A DNA stretch of 64,000 bases from the human T2T-CHM13v2.0 reference genome, Homo sapiens. Under the pieces are notes generated by a model. The model saw only the letters and a program-made list of their open reading frames with translations, had not been told where the DNA came from and did not search any database. Both the position numbers and the translations under genes were made by a program. The stretch lies in the NCBI RefSeq assembly GCF_009914755.1, contig NC_060926.1; one strand, given 5' to 3'. This document shows positions 44,801 through 64,000 of this stretch, in pieces; positions within the stretch are counted from its first letter, which is position 1; each line of letters starts with the position of its first letter.

Positions 44801-47800
44801 GACTATTCATTCTTCTCAGTACCACATCACACTTATTCTAAAATTGACCATATCATTGGAAGTAAAACACTCCTCAGCAAATGCAAAAGAATGGAAATCA
44901 TAACAAAGCCTCTCAGACCACAGTGCAATCATATTAAAACTCAGAATTAAGAAACTCACTCAAAATCACACAACTACATGGAAACTGAACAACCTGCTCC
45001 TGAATGACTACTGGGTAAATAACAAAATTAAAGCAGAAACAAAGATATTCTTTGAAACCAATGAGAACAAAGACACAACATACCACAATGTCTCTGGGAC
45101 ACATTTAAAGCAGTGTTTAGAGGGAAATTTATACCACTAAATGCCCATAAGAGTAAGCAGAAAAGATCAAAAATCAGCACCCTTATATCGCAATTAAAAG
45201 AACTGGAGAAGCAAGAGCAAACAAATTCAAAACCCAGCAGAAGACAAGAAATAACTAAGATCAGAGGAGAATTGAAGGAGATAGAGACACGAAAAACCCT
45301 TTTAAAAATTATTGAATACAGGAGCTGGTTTTTTGAAAAGATCAACAAAATAGATATACCACTAGCCAGACTAATAAAGAAGAAAAGAGAGAAGAATCCT
45401 AATAGACACAATAAAAAATGATAAAGGGAATCTTACCACTGATCCCACAGAAATACAAATTACCATCAGAGAATACTGTAAACACCTCTACACAAATAAA
45501 CTACAAAATCTAGAAGAAATGGATAAATTCCTGGACACATACACCCTCCGAAGTCTAAACCAGGAAGAAGTCGAATCCCTGAATAGACCAATAACAAATT
45601 CTGAAATTAAGGCAGTAATTAATAGTCTACCAACCAGAAAAAAGTCCAGGACCAGACAGACTCACAGCTGAATTCTACCAGAGGTATAAAGAGGAGCTGG
45701 TACCATTCCTTCTGAAATTATTCCAAACAATAGAAAAAGAGGGAATCCTCTCTAACTGATTTTATGAGGTCAGCATCATCCTGATAACAAAACCTGGCAG
45801 AGATGAAACAAAAAAAGAAAATTTCAGGCCAATATCCCTATGAACATTGGGGCAAAAATTCTCAATAAAATACTGGCAAACTGAATCCAGCCGCACATCA
45901 AAAAGCTTATCCACTCCATCAAGTCGACTTCATCCCTGGGATGCAAGCCTGGTTCAACATATACTAATCAATAAATGTAATCCATCACATAAACAGAACC
46001 AATGACAAAAATGACATAATTATCTCAATAGATGCAGAAAAGGCCTCCAGCAAAATTCAACAGCCCTTCATGTTAAAAACTCTCAATAAACTAGGTATTG
46101 ATGGAATGTATCTCAAAATAATAGGAGCTATTTATGACAAACCCACAGCCAATATTATACTGTGGGCAAAAACTGGAAGCATTCCCTTTGAAAATCCGCA
46201 CAAGACAAGGATGCCCTTGCTCACCACTCCTATTCAACATAGTATTAGAAGTTCTGGCCAGGGCAATCAGGCAAGGGAAAGAAATAAAAGGTATTTAAAT
46301 AGGAAGAGAGGAAGTCAAATTGTCTCTGTTTGCAGATGACATGACTGCATACTTAGAAAACCCCATCATCTCAGCCCCAAATCTCCTTAAGCTGATAAGC
46401 AACTTCAGTGAAGTCTCAGGATACAAAATCAATGTGCAAAAATCACAAGCATTCCTATACACCAATAACAGACAAACAGCCAAATCATGAGTGAACTCCC
46501 ATTCACAACTGCTACAAAGAGAATAAAATACATAGGCATATAACTTACAAGCAATATGAAGGACCTCTTCAAGCAGAACTACAAACCACTGCTCAAGGAA
46601 ATAAGAGAGGACACAAATAAATGGAAAAACATTCCATGCTCATGGACAGGAAAAATCAGTACATGAAAACGGCCATACTCTTCAAAGTAATTTACAGATT
46701 CAATGATGTCCCCATTAAGCTAACATTGACTTTCTTCACAGAATTAGAAAAAACTACTTTAAACTTCATACAGAATGAAAAAAGAGCCCACATATCCAAG
46801 AAAATCCTACGAAAAAAGAACAATGGTGGAGGCATCATGCTACCTGACTTCAAACTATACTACAAGGCTGCAGTAACCGAAACAGCATGGTACTGGTACC
46901 AAAACAGATATATAGACTGATGGAACAGAACAGAGGCCTCAGAAATAACACCACACATCTACAACCATCTGATCTTTGATAAACCTGACAAAAACAAGCA
47001 ATGGGGAAAGGATCCCCTATTTAATAAATAATGTTGGGAAAACTGGCTAGCCATATGCAGAAAACTGAAACTGGCCCCTTCCTTACACCTTATACAAAAA
47101 TTAACTCAATATGGATTAAATACTTAAACATAAGACCTAAAACCATAAAAACCCTAGAAGAAAACTTAGGCAACACCATTCAGGACATAGGCATGAGCAA
47201 AGACTTCATGACTAAAACACCAAAGCAATGGCAACAAAAGCCAAAATTAACAAATGGAATCTAATTAAACTAAAGAGCTTCTGCACAGCAAAAGATACCA
47301 TCAACAGAGTGAACAGGCAGCCTACAGAATGGGAGAAAATTTTTGCAATCTATCCATTTGACAAAGGGCTAATATCCAGAATCTACAAAGAACTTAATTA
47401 AATTTACAACAAAAAAAACCAAACCACATCAAAAAGTGGGCAAATGATATGAACAGGCACTTCTCAAAAGAAGACGTTTATACAGCTAACAAATATATGA
47501 AAAAAAGCTCATCATCACTGGCCATTAGAGAAATGCAAATCAAAACCACAATGAGATACCGTCTCACACCAGTTAGAATGGTGATCATTAAAAAGTCAGG
47601 AAACAACAGATGCTGGAGAGGATGTGGAGACAGGAAAGCTTTTACACTGTTGGTGGGACTGTAAATTAATTCAACCATTGTGGAAGACCATGTGGCAATT
47701 CCTCAAAGATCTAGAACCAGGTATACCATTTGAACTAGCCATCCCATTATCAGGTATATACACAAAGTATTATAAATCATTTTACTATAAAGACACATAC

Positions 47801-48235
47801 ACACATGTTTACTGTGGCACTATTCACAATAGCAAAGACTTGGAACCAACCCAAATGCCCATCAATGATAGACTGGATAAAGAAAATGTGGCACATGGAA
47901 TACTATGCAGCCATAAAAAGGATGAGTTCATGTCCTTTTCAGGGATGTGGATGGGGCTGGAAACCATCATTCTCAGCAAACTAACACAAGAACAGAAAAC
48001 CAAACACTGTATGTTCTCACTCATGGGTGGGAGCTGAAGAGTGAGAACACGTGGACACAGGGAGGGAAACATCACACACCAGGGCCTTTCAGGGGGCAGG
48101 GGGCTAGGGGAAGGATAGCATTAGGAGAAATACCTAATGTAATGACAGTTTGATAGTTGCAGCAAGCCACAATAGCACATGTATACCTATGTAACAAACC
48201 TGCACATTCTGCCCATGTACCCCAGAACTTAAAGT
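41855..48235 (+). mobile_element. Full-length inactive L1PA7-like LINE-1
   Basis: 5' caagatggccaaacaggaagagctctggtctgcagctc. ORF1 from ~43166 (MGRNQ), ORF2 fragments, 3' UTR ggggctaggggaaggatagcattaggagaaatacc. ORFs are disrupted. Confidence 0.93.
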
Positions 48236-48512
48236 ATATATATAATTATATATATAATAATATATATATAATTATTATATATATTATTATATATAATAAA
48301 TATATATAATTATATATATATTTATTATATATAATAATATATAATTATTATATATATTATATATAATATATAATAATTATATTTATTATATATAATAATA
48401 TATATAATTATTTTAATTATATATTATATATTTATTATATTATTTATTATATATATTAATTATATATAATATTAATTATATATAATATTAATTATATATA
48501 TATATATATAAA
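48235..48512. repeat. ~280 bp pure A/T low-complexity tract replacing the L1 poly(A) tail
   Basis: No G or C from 48235 to 48512. Contains a perfect inverted repeat and 3 copies of atattaattatatata. Confidence 0.95.
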
Positions 48513-49002
48513 GGCAGAGTGTGTCAGGCCAGATTGTGTGAGTCTAGGGACACATCAGCTAGCCCAGAAGGAAGTAACCACAGCAGGTGCCTAAATGAGG
48601 TAGGACAGGCTGGGAGCAGGTGCCAACGCCAGTGAGAACCTGGGCCCTGAGCCAGGCAGGAAAAAAACAAAAACAAAAAACAAAAGACAAGCAAACAAAC
48701 CAACAAAAAGTAATACAGTTGGCTTGATTTTCACCAAACTTGAATTCAGTACAATGGGGCCCAGAGGTGGGCCTTGATGATAATGGCAATCTTCACAAAA
48801 GCTTTAGTAAGGATTTTGTGACTAACTGCACTAACCAGTTTAACTCTCTGTGTATGCTCCAGGTTAACAAGAGCAATGCATTAATTTATTGCTGGTTAGA
48901 ATTCCAGTAAGTGCGGTAGGAAAAGCCAGTTAGTGTTTTCATATACCAGCAGCCACATAGATCCCTCACAGTGGGACAGACAAGTGGAAGAAGAGCTAAT
49001 TA

Positions 49003-56268
<7,266 letters not shown>

Positions 56269-57059
56269 GAAATCCACTCTATATTTTTTTCCTTAATTTT
56301 AGCTGTGCTTTTCCTATGAAAATTTTGTAATACATTCTACAGATAGAATAGGAAGATAATCCAGTGTTTCTTCTAGTATGACTGCTCAAAATTTATTAGT
56401 GGTAATTGTGATTCATAAAGCATGATTTCAAACACATGTTCTCACACTTTGTATTACTGATACTGAGTTATATTCTATCAACACATGCATTCCATTAAAC
56501 ATTATTGCTGTCTGCTAATCCACTCTCACCCAAAAGTAATGTGTTTATAAATGTATGTGATGTATTTTTGAATATATTACTGAGAGGACACCTTCTGACT
56601 AGCCATTGTTTAGTACAGAATCCTCTGCTTACAATTATATATGGCTCAAAATTGGGGGAATTTTCCACAGAATAGCTTTTTGGCTTAGTATGTTTAAATT
56701 CTTTTGTTTCTTCCTCTAAACAGGCCCTTCTGAGATGAGGCACAGAACAACAGATTCAGACCATGCTATCACCTCTGGATATGAAATTTGATGTCACAAA
56801 CTTGGGTGAGTCAGCACTGGGGTGGCTGGCAATACAACTCAACCTCCACTTACCTGGATCCCAAAAGTACCTTCAGCCAACTCCAGTGCCTCTGACGCTG
56901 GATTAAGTATGAAGAGTGAAAGTCAGAGTGGAGATAGTAGTCTTATCACACTCAAAATATTTTTGCAACTTTTCTAAAATCTATTACTATGTGAACAGAA
57001 CAGTGCCCTCCACAATGTTGGAAGTGGTTTCTGCAAATGGAGGGCCCTGAACCTATATA

Positions 57060-57400
57060 TCATTTGCTTCACAACAAACACCCCTGAGGAGGGAAGGGAT
57101 CAGGGAAGCAAGTCAAGACCATTTAGGAATCTCCTGAAATAACCTAAGAAGTGATGCTAGGTTCCTAAAGGAATGTCAGTGACAATGGCAAAGGTATATC
57201 AATTAAAATTTCTTCAGGGAGCTCCAATTTTCAGGACTGGATGTATTTTATGAAGTTAGTAGAGACAGGAGTCACAGATGACTTCCATTTTGTCCCTGAG
57301 GGTAACTGGGTGAATGGGGAAGGAGCTGATTGACTGTGGGGGAGAGCTTTCACTTTCTTTTGAATATTTCAAGTTAAAAGTAGCAGTGGGGATTCTAGGA
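57060..57400 (-). mobile_element. Probable L2 fragment
   Basis: ggagtcacagatgacttccattttgtccctgagggtaactgggtgaatgg resembles antisense L2. Confidence 0.5.
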
Positions 57401-58879
57401 AATTTTCTCTGAATCTCTGAATCAATCTTGAGTTTAGATGTTATGTGTGATGCAGGCAATAGAAATTTGGGAAATTCCAGGCAGTTCTTGAAGTTACAGG
57501 TAAAGAGTATGTAAGTGATAAAATATTTCTGTTGATATCATTATTTGTTAATAACTTAAAATATTACTAAAATAGCAATTCTATTTAAGAGTATTGAGTT
57601 TTACAAACTGATATGTATTTGAGTTGAAAAAAAGTGACTTCACTGTCTCCTTTTAAATTTCATAAATATGACCATTTCACCTTACATCTCAAGTTCAATT
57701 TTTTTAAGTAGACTCTTACCTAAAAATAAGTGGTAAATAATTTTTATGTTAATTTCTCCCCTCATTATTCGTTACTCAATTTTGATTTTTTTCTATATTG
57801 CATTTTCACAGCTTTAGCACAGTGTAGAGCTTCAATAAATATTTGACAAACAGGGGAGCAAGTTAGGAGATCTTAGTCTAAGTTGTGGTACTTCATCTCT
57901 CTAGTAAACCTCAGTTTCCGCCTCTGCTATATGGGTTTGACATTGGTCATGATAGTAACACCTCCCTTATGTGGCTGATGTGATACATAAGATGGTACAA
58001 AAAAAAAAAAAGCATGGGCTACATAAATATTAGTGATTGTTCTATAATACTAAACTTGCTTACATTACAAGGAGTCACTCATATGATTCAACATTATTAA
58101 CCAATGGGGAAATCTTCAATGAAGATCTAATTATCGTTATTGCTATCAAACATCTATATCAGTGATAGTTATCAGAGTGTAGGCTTCAGATGCCAGATCA
58201 TTCCTCACAGCCTCTTATGTTACACTTTTTAATCAGAAATGAGAACTATTAAAAATATTTAGAGGATTTATCAGGATTGAGATAAGTGTTGCTTAGCTGC
58301 TCTCATGCATAGTTTGTCTCCCCCCGCTCACATTACGTGTCATATAACAACAACTGCATGGTTTTCTAATGATTTAGCAGCAACTGTATAAGAAGCATAA
58401 AGAAGAGGGTTTTTACACCCTGTTATCAATGGCTCATAAATCAAATGAACTGGAGTTATCCTTAAATCATGCCCCTGTAGCAGTTTTGCTCTAAATTTTA
58501 AAAATTGAAAGTTTTAAAATTATACAATTTTTTTTAGGAAAAAAAAAATGTTTCCAGAAAACTTTTCTTAATTTCTTCACTGATACTTCGGATGTAATAA
58601 AAAACTTGTAAGAGAGCAGACCAAAACATGAGTAGGAGCTTTCCTGTTATCTTGGAGACTCAAGTCCATGGAAGAAAAGTCTAGAGAACCTTCAATTATC
58701 AGGACAGCCACCTCCTCAAAAAGTTTGCGGAGAGGTGCCTTTTCAGCAGAATTGGTGCTAATCACTCACAGCACCCCAACCCCATTAATGTAAGAGGGGG
58801 ACTGGGAAGCAGATGATGTGCCCTCTGGAGAGGGGGTGTTGATGGAGGAAAGCTATCACCTCCCCTCACTTCCCAGGTG

Positions 58880-59035
58880 GTAAGTGAAGAATGAGCTTTA
58901 TGGGTATCACCTAGAAAGTTGTTACAATTATAGACTCTTAACTGCTGCGCCAGACATATTTAATTCATGTTTGCATTTTAGCAAGTTCCCCTAGGTGATT
59001 TGTAAGCACAGTACGGTTTGAGACGCACAACTCTA
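58880..59035. mobile_element. MER5A-like fragment
   Basis: tttgcattttagcaagttcccctaggtgatt...ggtttgagacgcacaactcta. Confidence 0.55.
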
Positions 59036-60217
59036 ACAGTCCATCTCTGCTAAGCAATATCTTTTAGGATCTCAACTACATGCTATGGGAACTCGATTAA
59101 TTATCTAGAAAAGGAATTGACTTTCCACGTGAGCTCCACGGTCCTTTCTCTCCTTGGCCCATGAGAAAACCTTTCTTTCTACCACTGTTTCCTTCACTGG
59201 AACATTATTCTAGGCTCACAGTTTTTTCTGATCCTTGAAACTTCCAAGACTTTTCTAGCCTTGAGATGTTGCTTTTTTTGTGTGTGCTTCCCTTTCTTGC
59301 CATGCTCCTGTTTCCGGTCTTTGTTATTTAGATCTTTGTTGAGTTCCTGAGACCTTCTCTCACCCCATCTAAATTGGTTTCTGATCCTCAATCCTTAGGT
59401 ACTTCCTAACATATTATGTCCTTATTTTTTTCTGTTTTCTTTCACTATCTGAAATTAGCTTGTCTATTTTTCACCCTTCCTCACTGGTAAGGTCCTTGAG
59501 GATAAGGATACTTTCTGTCCCTTGGAATAGAGGTTCAATGATATGGTAGACAGCAAATTTGTCTCCTGAACATTTGTATCTTCTTATTCCTGTAGTTACT
59601 TATTTACTTCTTTAATACTTTCTTGAGAACGCAAGGAAAAGTTTCAAAATATATGTGTATACACACACAGTCTCTTGAATTAAAAGTGTAAGAAGCATGG
59701 AACCTCAGTGTAATATACTCAATGAAAATTATTTCAGAAAAGAAATAGTTCTTATTTTTTCCAAGAAAAAAAGGACATGTCTTCAGTGGAATAATATTCA
59801 TAGAAATGAACTACTATGTAAACTTTCTGGAAATTTATAATAGGCCTCCATCCACAACAAAGATGTTGTAAAATTTAAACTAAAATAACTTCATACAACC
59901 CATTTTGTAATTAAAATAATCCTTTGAAATCTTGTATAAAGAGAAAGTTAATCTTCAGTGCATTGTATGGAAAGCTACTAGGAATCATACAGCTAAATTA
60001 CCATACAGTACATTAGAGGTATGTTCCTTCATATTCCTTTGGTCACTTTTCCTCCAGAAAACACTTTTAAAAAATTAAATTATATAATTGTCATTGAAAT
60101 GTAGGACTCTCTGGCTCCTGGTTAATCAGGTACTGTCAGTTTTATATTATCCTTTAAAATGATGAAGATATTTGGATAGCTAGAGAATAAATGTAGATAT
60201 GATGAATTTCAGATTTT

Positions 60218-60285
60218 ATATATACATATACACACATATATACACACATATTCATATATACACCTATGTAGAAATACACACATAT

Positions 60286-60333
<48 letters not shown>
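60218..60333. repeat. (TA/CA) compound microsatellite ending in a (CA)~20 run
   Basis: Read directly from the sequence. Confidence 0.95.
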
Positions 60334-60334
<1 letters not shown>

Positions 60335-60335
<1 letters not shown>

Positions 60336-60463
60336 TTTAATTTGTAGAGATGTGATCTTGCTGTGTTTCCTAGGATGGTCTCAAACTCCTGGCTTCAAAG
60401 GACCTACCTGCTTCAGATTCCCAAAGTGTTGGGATTAGAGGCGTAAGTTACCATACCCGGCCA
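60335..60463 (-). mobile_element. Old Alu left monomer (AluJ/FLAM-like)
   Basis: ggtctcaaactcctggcttcaaagg...cccaaagtgttgggattagaggcg...cccggcc. Confidence 0.8.
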
Positions 60464-61044
60464 AGATTTAATTTTAAAACATGTTAAACATCAGATAAAA
60501 GACCACTTATCCAGAAGAAATTTGGGTGAATTTTACACTGTTTATAACATAAGTAATATAATTTAAATTTTCCTATTGTCAAAATAATCAATTGAAGGTA
60601 AAAAAAATTACAGTTGAGAATTATCACTATCATATTCATACACCTTATTTTTTTGCTTACAATTTCTTAGCACTCTACAGTCTACAATAAAATCAGGAAG
60701 TAGAATGTTTTTAATTATGATTTTGAAAGGAGTTTTTTGCAAAAAATTATTATAAATCAGTGTTGGTGTCATATTTTCAAAATTCATGCCACATTTACAA
60801 TGGTTTATTTTATTTGAAAGTAACTACATAATTACCTTGATCCAGATTATTTCAATAGATTTTGAGTGCTGTTTTAATAATTTACATTTTTTAAAAAATA
60901 ATTTGTTTTATGAAATTTCACATTTGAGAACCATGACCGTTAGATTCTTATTCTATTTCTTCTGTAATGGACCTTTAAAATTTTAGCATCTTCTAAATCA
61001 TTAGTTTTGTTATCCATATATTGAGAAAAAACTCATAAGACTCA

Positions 61045-64000
61045 AGCTGTGAAGACGTCCAAATAGGAACAGCTCTGGTCTGCAGCTCCCAGCAAGATCA
61101 ATGCAGAAGGCAGGTGATTCCTGCATTTCCAACTGAGGTACCCGGTTCATCTCATTGGGACTGGCTAGACAGTGGGTGCAGCCCATGGAGGGTGAGCTGA
61201 AGCAGGGCGGTTGCATCACCTCACCCGGGAAGTGCAAGGGGTTGGGAAACTCCCTCCCCTAGCCGAGGGAAGCCATGAGGGACTGTGCCATGAGGAATGG
61301 TGCACCCAGGCCCAGATACTATGCTTTTCCCAAGGTCTTCACAACCCACAGACCAGGAGATTCCCTAGGATGCCTACACCACCAGGGCCCTGGGTTTCAA
61401 GCACAAAACTGGGCAGCCGTTTAGGCAAACACTGAGCTAGCTGCAGGAGTTTGTTTGTTTTTTTTTTTTTTTTTTTATCATATCCCAGTAGTGCCTGGAA
61501 TGCCAGCGAGACAGAACCGTTCACTCCCCTGGAAAGGGGGCTAAAGCCAGGGAGCCATGTGGTCTAGCTCAGCAGATCCCATGTCCACAGAGCCCAGCAA
61601 GCTAATATCCACTGGCTTGAAATTCTTGCTACCAGCACAGCAGTCTGAAGTTGACCTGGGACGCTGGAGCTTGGTTAGGAGAGGGGCGTCTGCCATTACT
61701 GAGGCTTGAGTAGGCGGTTTTACCCTCACAGTGAAAACAAAGCCACTCAACTGGGCAGAGCCCTCCACAACTTAGCAAAGCCACTGTAGCCACTGTAGCC
61801 TCTCTAGATTCCTCCTCGCTGGGCAGGGAATCTCTGAAAAGAAAAGGCACCAGCACCAGTCAGGGACTTATAGATAAAACTCAGGAAAGCTCCAGGTGGC
61901 ATCTGGTGGGTGCCCCTCTGGGACAAAACTTCCAGAGGAAGGAACAGGCAGCAATCTTTGCTGTTCTGCAGCCTCCCCTGGTGACACCCAGGCAAACAGG
62001 GTCTGGAGTGGACCTCCAGCAAACTCCAGCAGACCTGCAGCAGAGGGACCTACTAGAAGGAGAGCTAACAAACAGAAAGCCATAGCATGAACATCAACAA
62101 AAAGGACGTCCACACAGAACCCCATCTGAAGGTCACCAACATCAAAGACCAAAGGTAGATAAATTCACAAAGATGGGGAGAAACCAGCACAAAAAGGCTG
62201 AAAATTCCAAAAACCAGAATGCCTCTTTCTCTTCCAAAGAGTCACAACTCCTCGCCAGCAAGGGAACAAAACTAGACAGAGAATGAGTTAGACGAATTGA
62301 AAGAAGTAGGCTTCGGATGGTGGGTAATAACAAACTCCGCTGAGCTAAAGGAGCATGTTCTAACCTAGTGCAAGGAAGCTAAGAACATTGAAAAAAGGTT
62401 AGACGAATTGCTAACTAGAATAACAAGTTTAGAGAAGAACATAAATGACCTGATGGAGCTGAAAAACACAGCATGAGAACTATCGTGAAGGATACAGAAG
62501 TATCAATAGCCGAATTGATCAAGCAGAAGAAAGGATATCAGAGATTGAAGATCAACTTAATGAAATAAGGTGTGAAGACAAGATTAGAGAAAAAAGAATG
62601 AAAAAGAATGAACAAAAACTCCAAGAAATATAGGACTATGTGGAAAGACCAAACCTACATTTTATTGGTGTACCTGAAAGTGACAGGGAGAATGAAACCA
62701 AGTTGGAAAACACTCTTCAGGATATTATCCAGGAGAACTTCCCCAACATAGCAAGACAGGGAACATTCAAATTCAGGAAATACAGAAAACACCACAAAGA
62801 TACTCCGCGAGAAGGGCAACCCAAAGACACATAATTGTCAGATTCGCCAGGGTTGAAATGAAGGAAAAAATGTTAAGGGCAGCCAGAGAGAAAGGTTGGG
62901 TTATGCACAAAGGGAAGCCCATCAGACTAACAGCAGAACCCTCTGCAGAAACCCTACAAGCCAGAAGAGAGTGGGGGCCAATACTGTATATTCTTAAAGA
63001 ATTTTCAACCCAGAGTTTCATATCCAGCCAAACTAAGCTTCAAAAGTGAAGGAGAAATAAAATCCTTTACAGATAAGCAAATGCTGAGAGATTTGCTCAC
63101 CACCAGACCTGCCTTACAAGAGCTCCTGAAGGAAGCACTAAACATGGAAAGGAACAACTGGTACCAGCCACTGCAGAAACATACCAAACTGTGAAGAACA
63201 TTGACACTATAAAGAAACTGCATCAACTAATGGACAAAATAACCAGCTAGCATCATAATGTCGGATGAAATTCACACGTAACAATATTAACCTTAAATGT
63301 AAACAGGTTAAATGCCCCCAATTAAAAGACACAGATGGGCAAATTGGATAGTCAAGACCCGTTGGTGTGTTGTACTCAGAAGACCCATCTCACGTGCAAA
63401 GACACACATAGACTCAAAACAAAGGGATGCAGGAATATTTACCAAGCACATGGAAAGCAAAAAAAGCAGGAGTTGCAATCCTAGTCTCTGCTAAAACAGA
63501 ATTTAAAACAACAAAGATCAAAAAAGAGAAAGGGCATTACATAATGGTAAAGGGATCAATGCAACAAGAAGAGCTAACTATCCTAAATATGTATGCACCC
63601 AATACAGGAGCACTGAAATTCATAATGCAAGTTATTAGAGACCTACAAAGAGACTTAGACTTCCACACAATAATAGTGGCAGACTTTAACACCCAACTGT
63701 CAATATTAGATCAATGAGACAGAAAATCAATAAGAATATTCAGGAATTGAACTCAGCTCTGGACCAAGCGGTCCTGATAGACATCTACGGGATTCTCCAC
63801 CCCAAATCAACAGAATATACATTCTTCTCAGAATCACATCACACTCATTCTAAAATTGACCACATCATTGGAAGTAAAACACTCCTGAGCAAATGCAAAA
63901 GAGCAGTAATCATAACAAATAGTCTCTCAGACCACAGTGCAATCAAATTAGAACTCAGAATTAAGAAACTCACCCCAAACTGCACAACTATATGGAAACT
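61045..64000 (+). mobile_element. 5' part of an L1PA7/8-like LINE-1 (5' UTR, ORF1, ORF2 endonuclease), continuing past the window
   Basis: aaataggaacagctctggtctgcagctcccagcaagatc. ORF1 atggggagaaaccag at ~62174 with stops. Endonuclease fragment KKAGVAILVSAKTEFK. Confidence 0.93.

Overview
Primate (most likely human) genomic DNA, AT-rich and gene-poor. Bases 1-~15.1 kb hold the 3' half of a + strand gene that I recognise as FAM171B, a type I membrane protein. It has three internal coding exons (269-439, 3068-3184, 10247-10370, the last encoding the TM helix), a long terminal exon coding the cytoplasmic tail (10613-11957) and a ~3.1 kb 3' UTR. From ~18.2 kb to the end the window is mostly degenerate LINE-1: several full-length or near full-length copies of different ages, with nested MaLR LTRs, Alus and small DNA transposons. 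No L1 ORF is intact, and almost all short ORFs in the track are repeat debris. I found no convincing novel multi-gene system. The best second-look items are local: a 246 bp non-repeat-looking insert with a perfect 20 bp duplication inside an Alu; a ~50 bp HERV-K(HML-3)/MER9 U5-terminal fragment set cleanly into an L1; a perfect 31 bp-stem AT palindrome between two convergent L1s; an internally deleted but TSD-flanked L1PB; a well-formed orphan noncoding exon next to an L1 5' end; and an AT-hook/NLS-like motif in the FAM171B tail. Repeat subfamily names come from remembered consensus sequences and are approximate.
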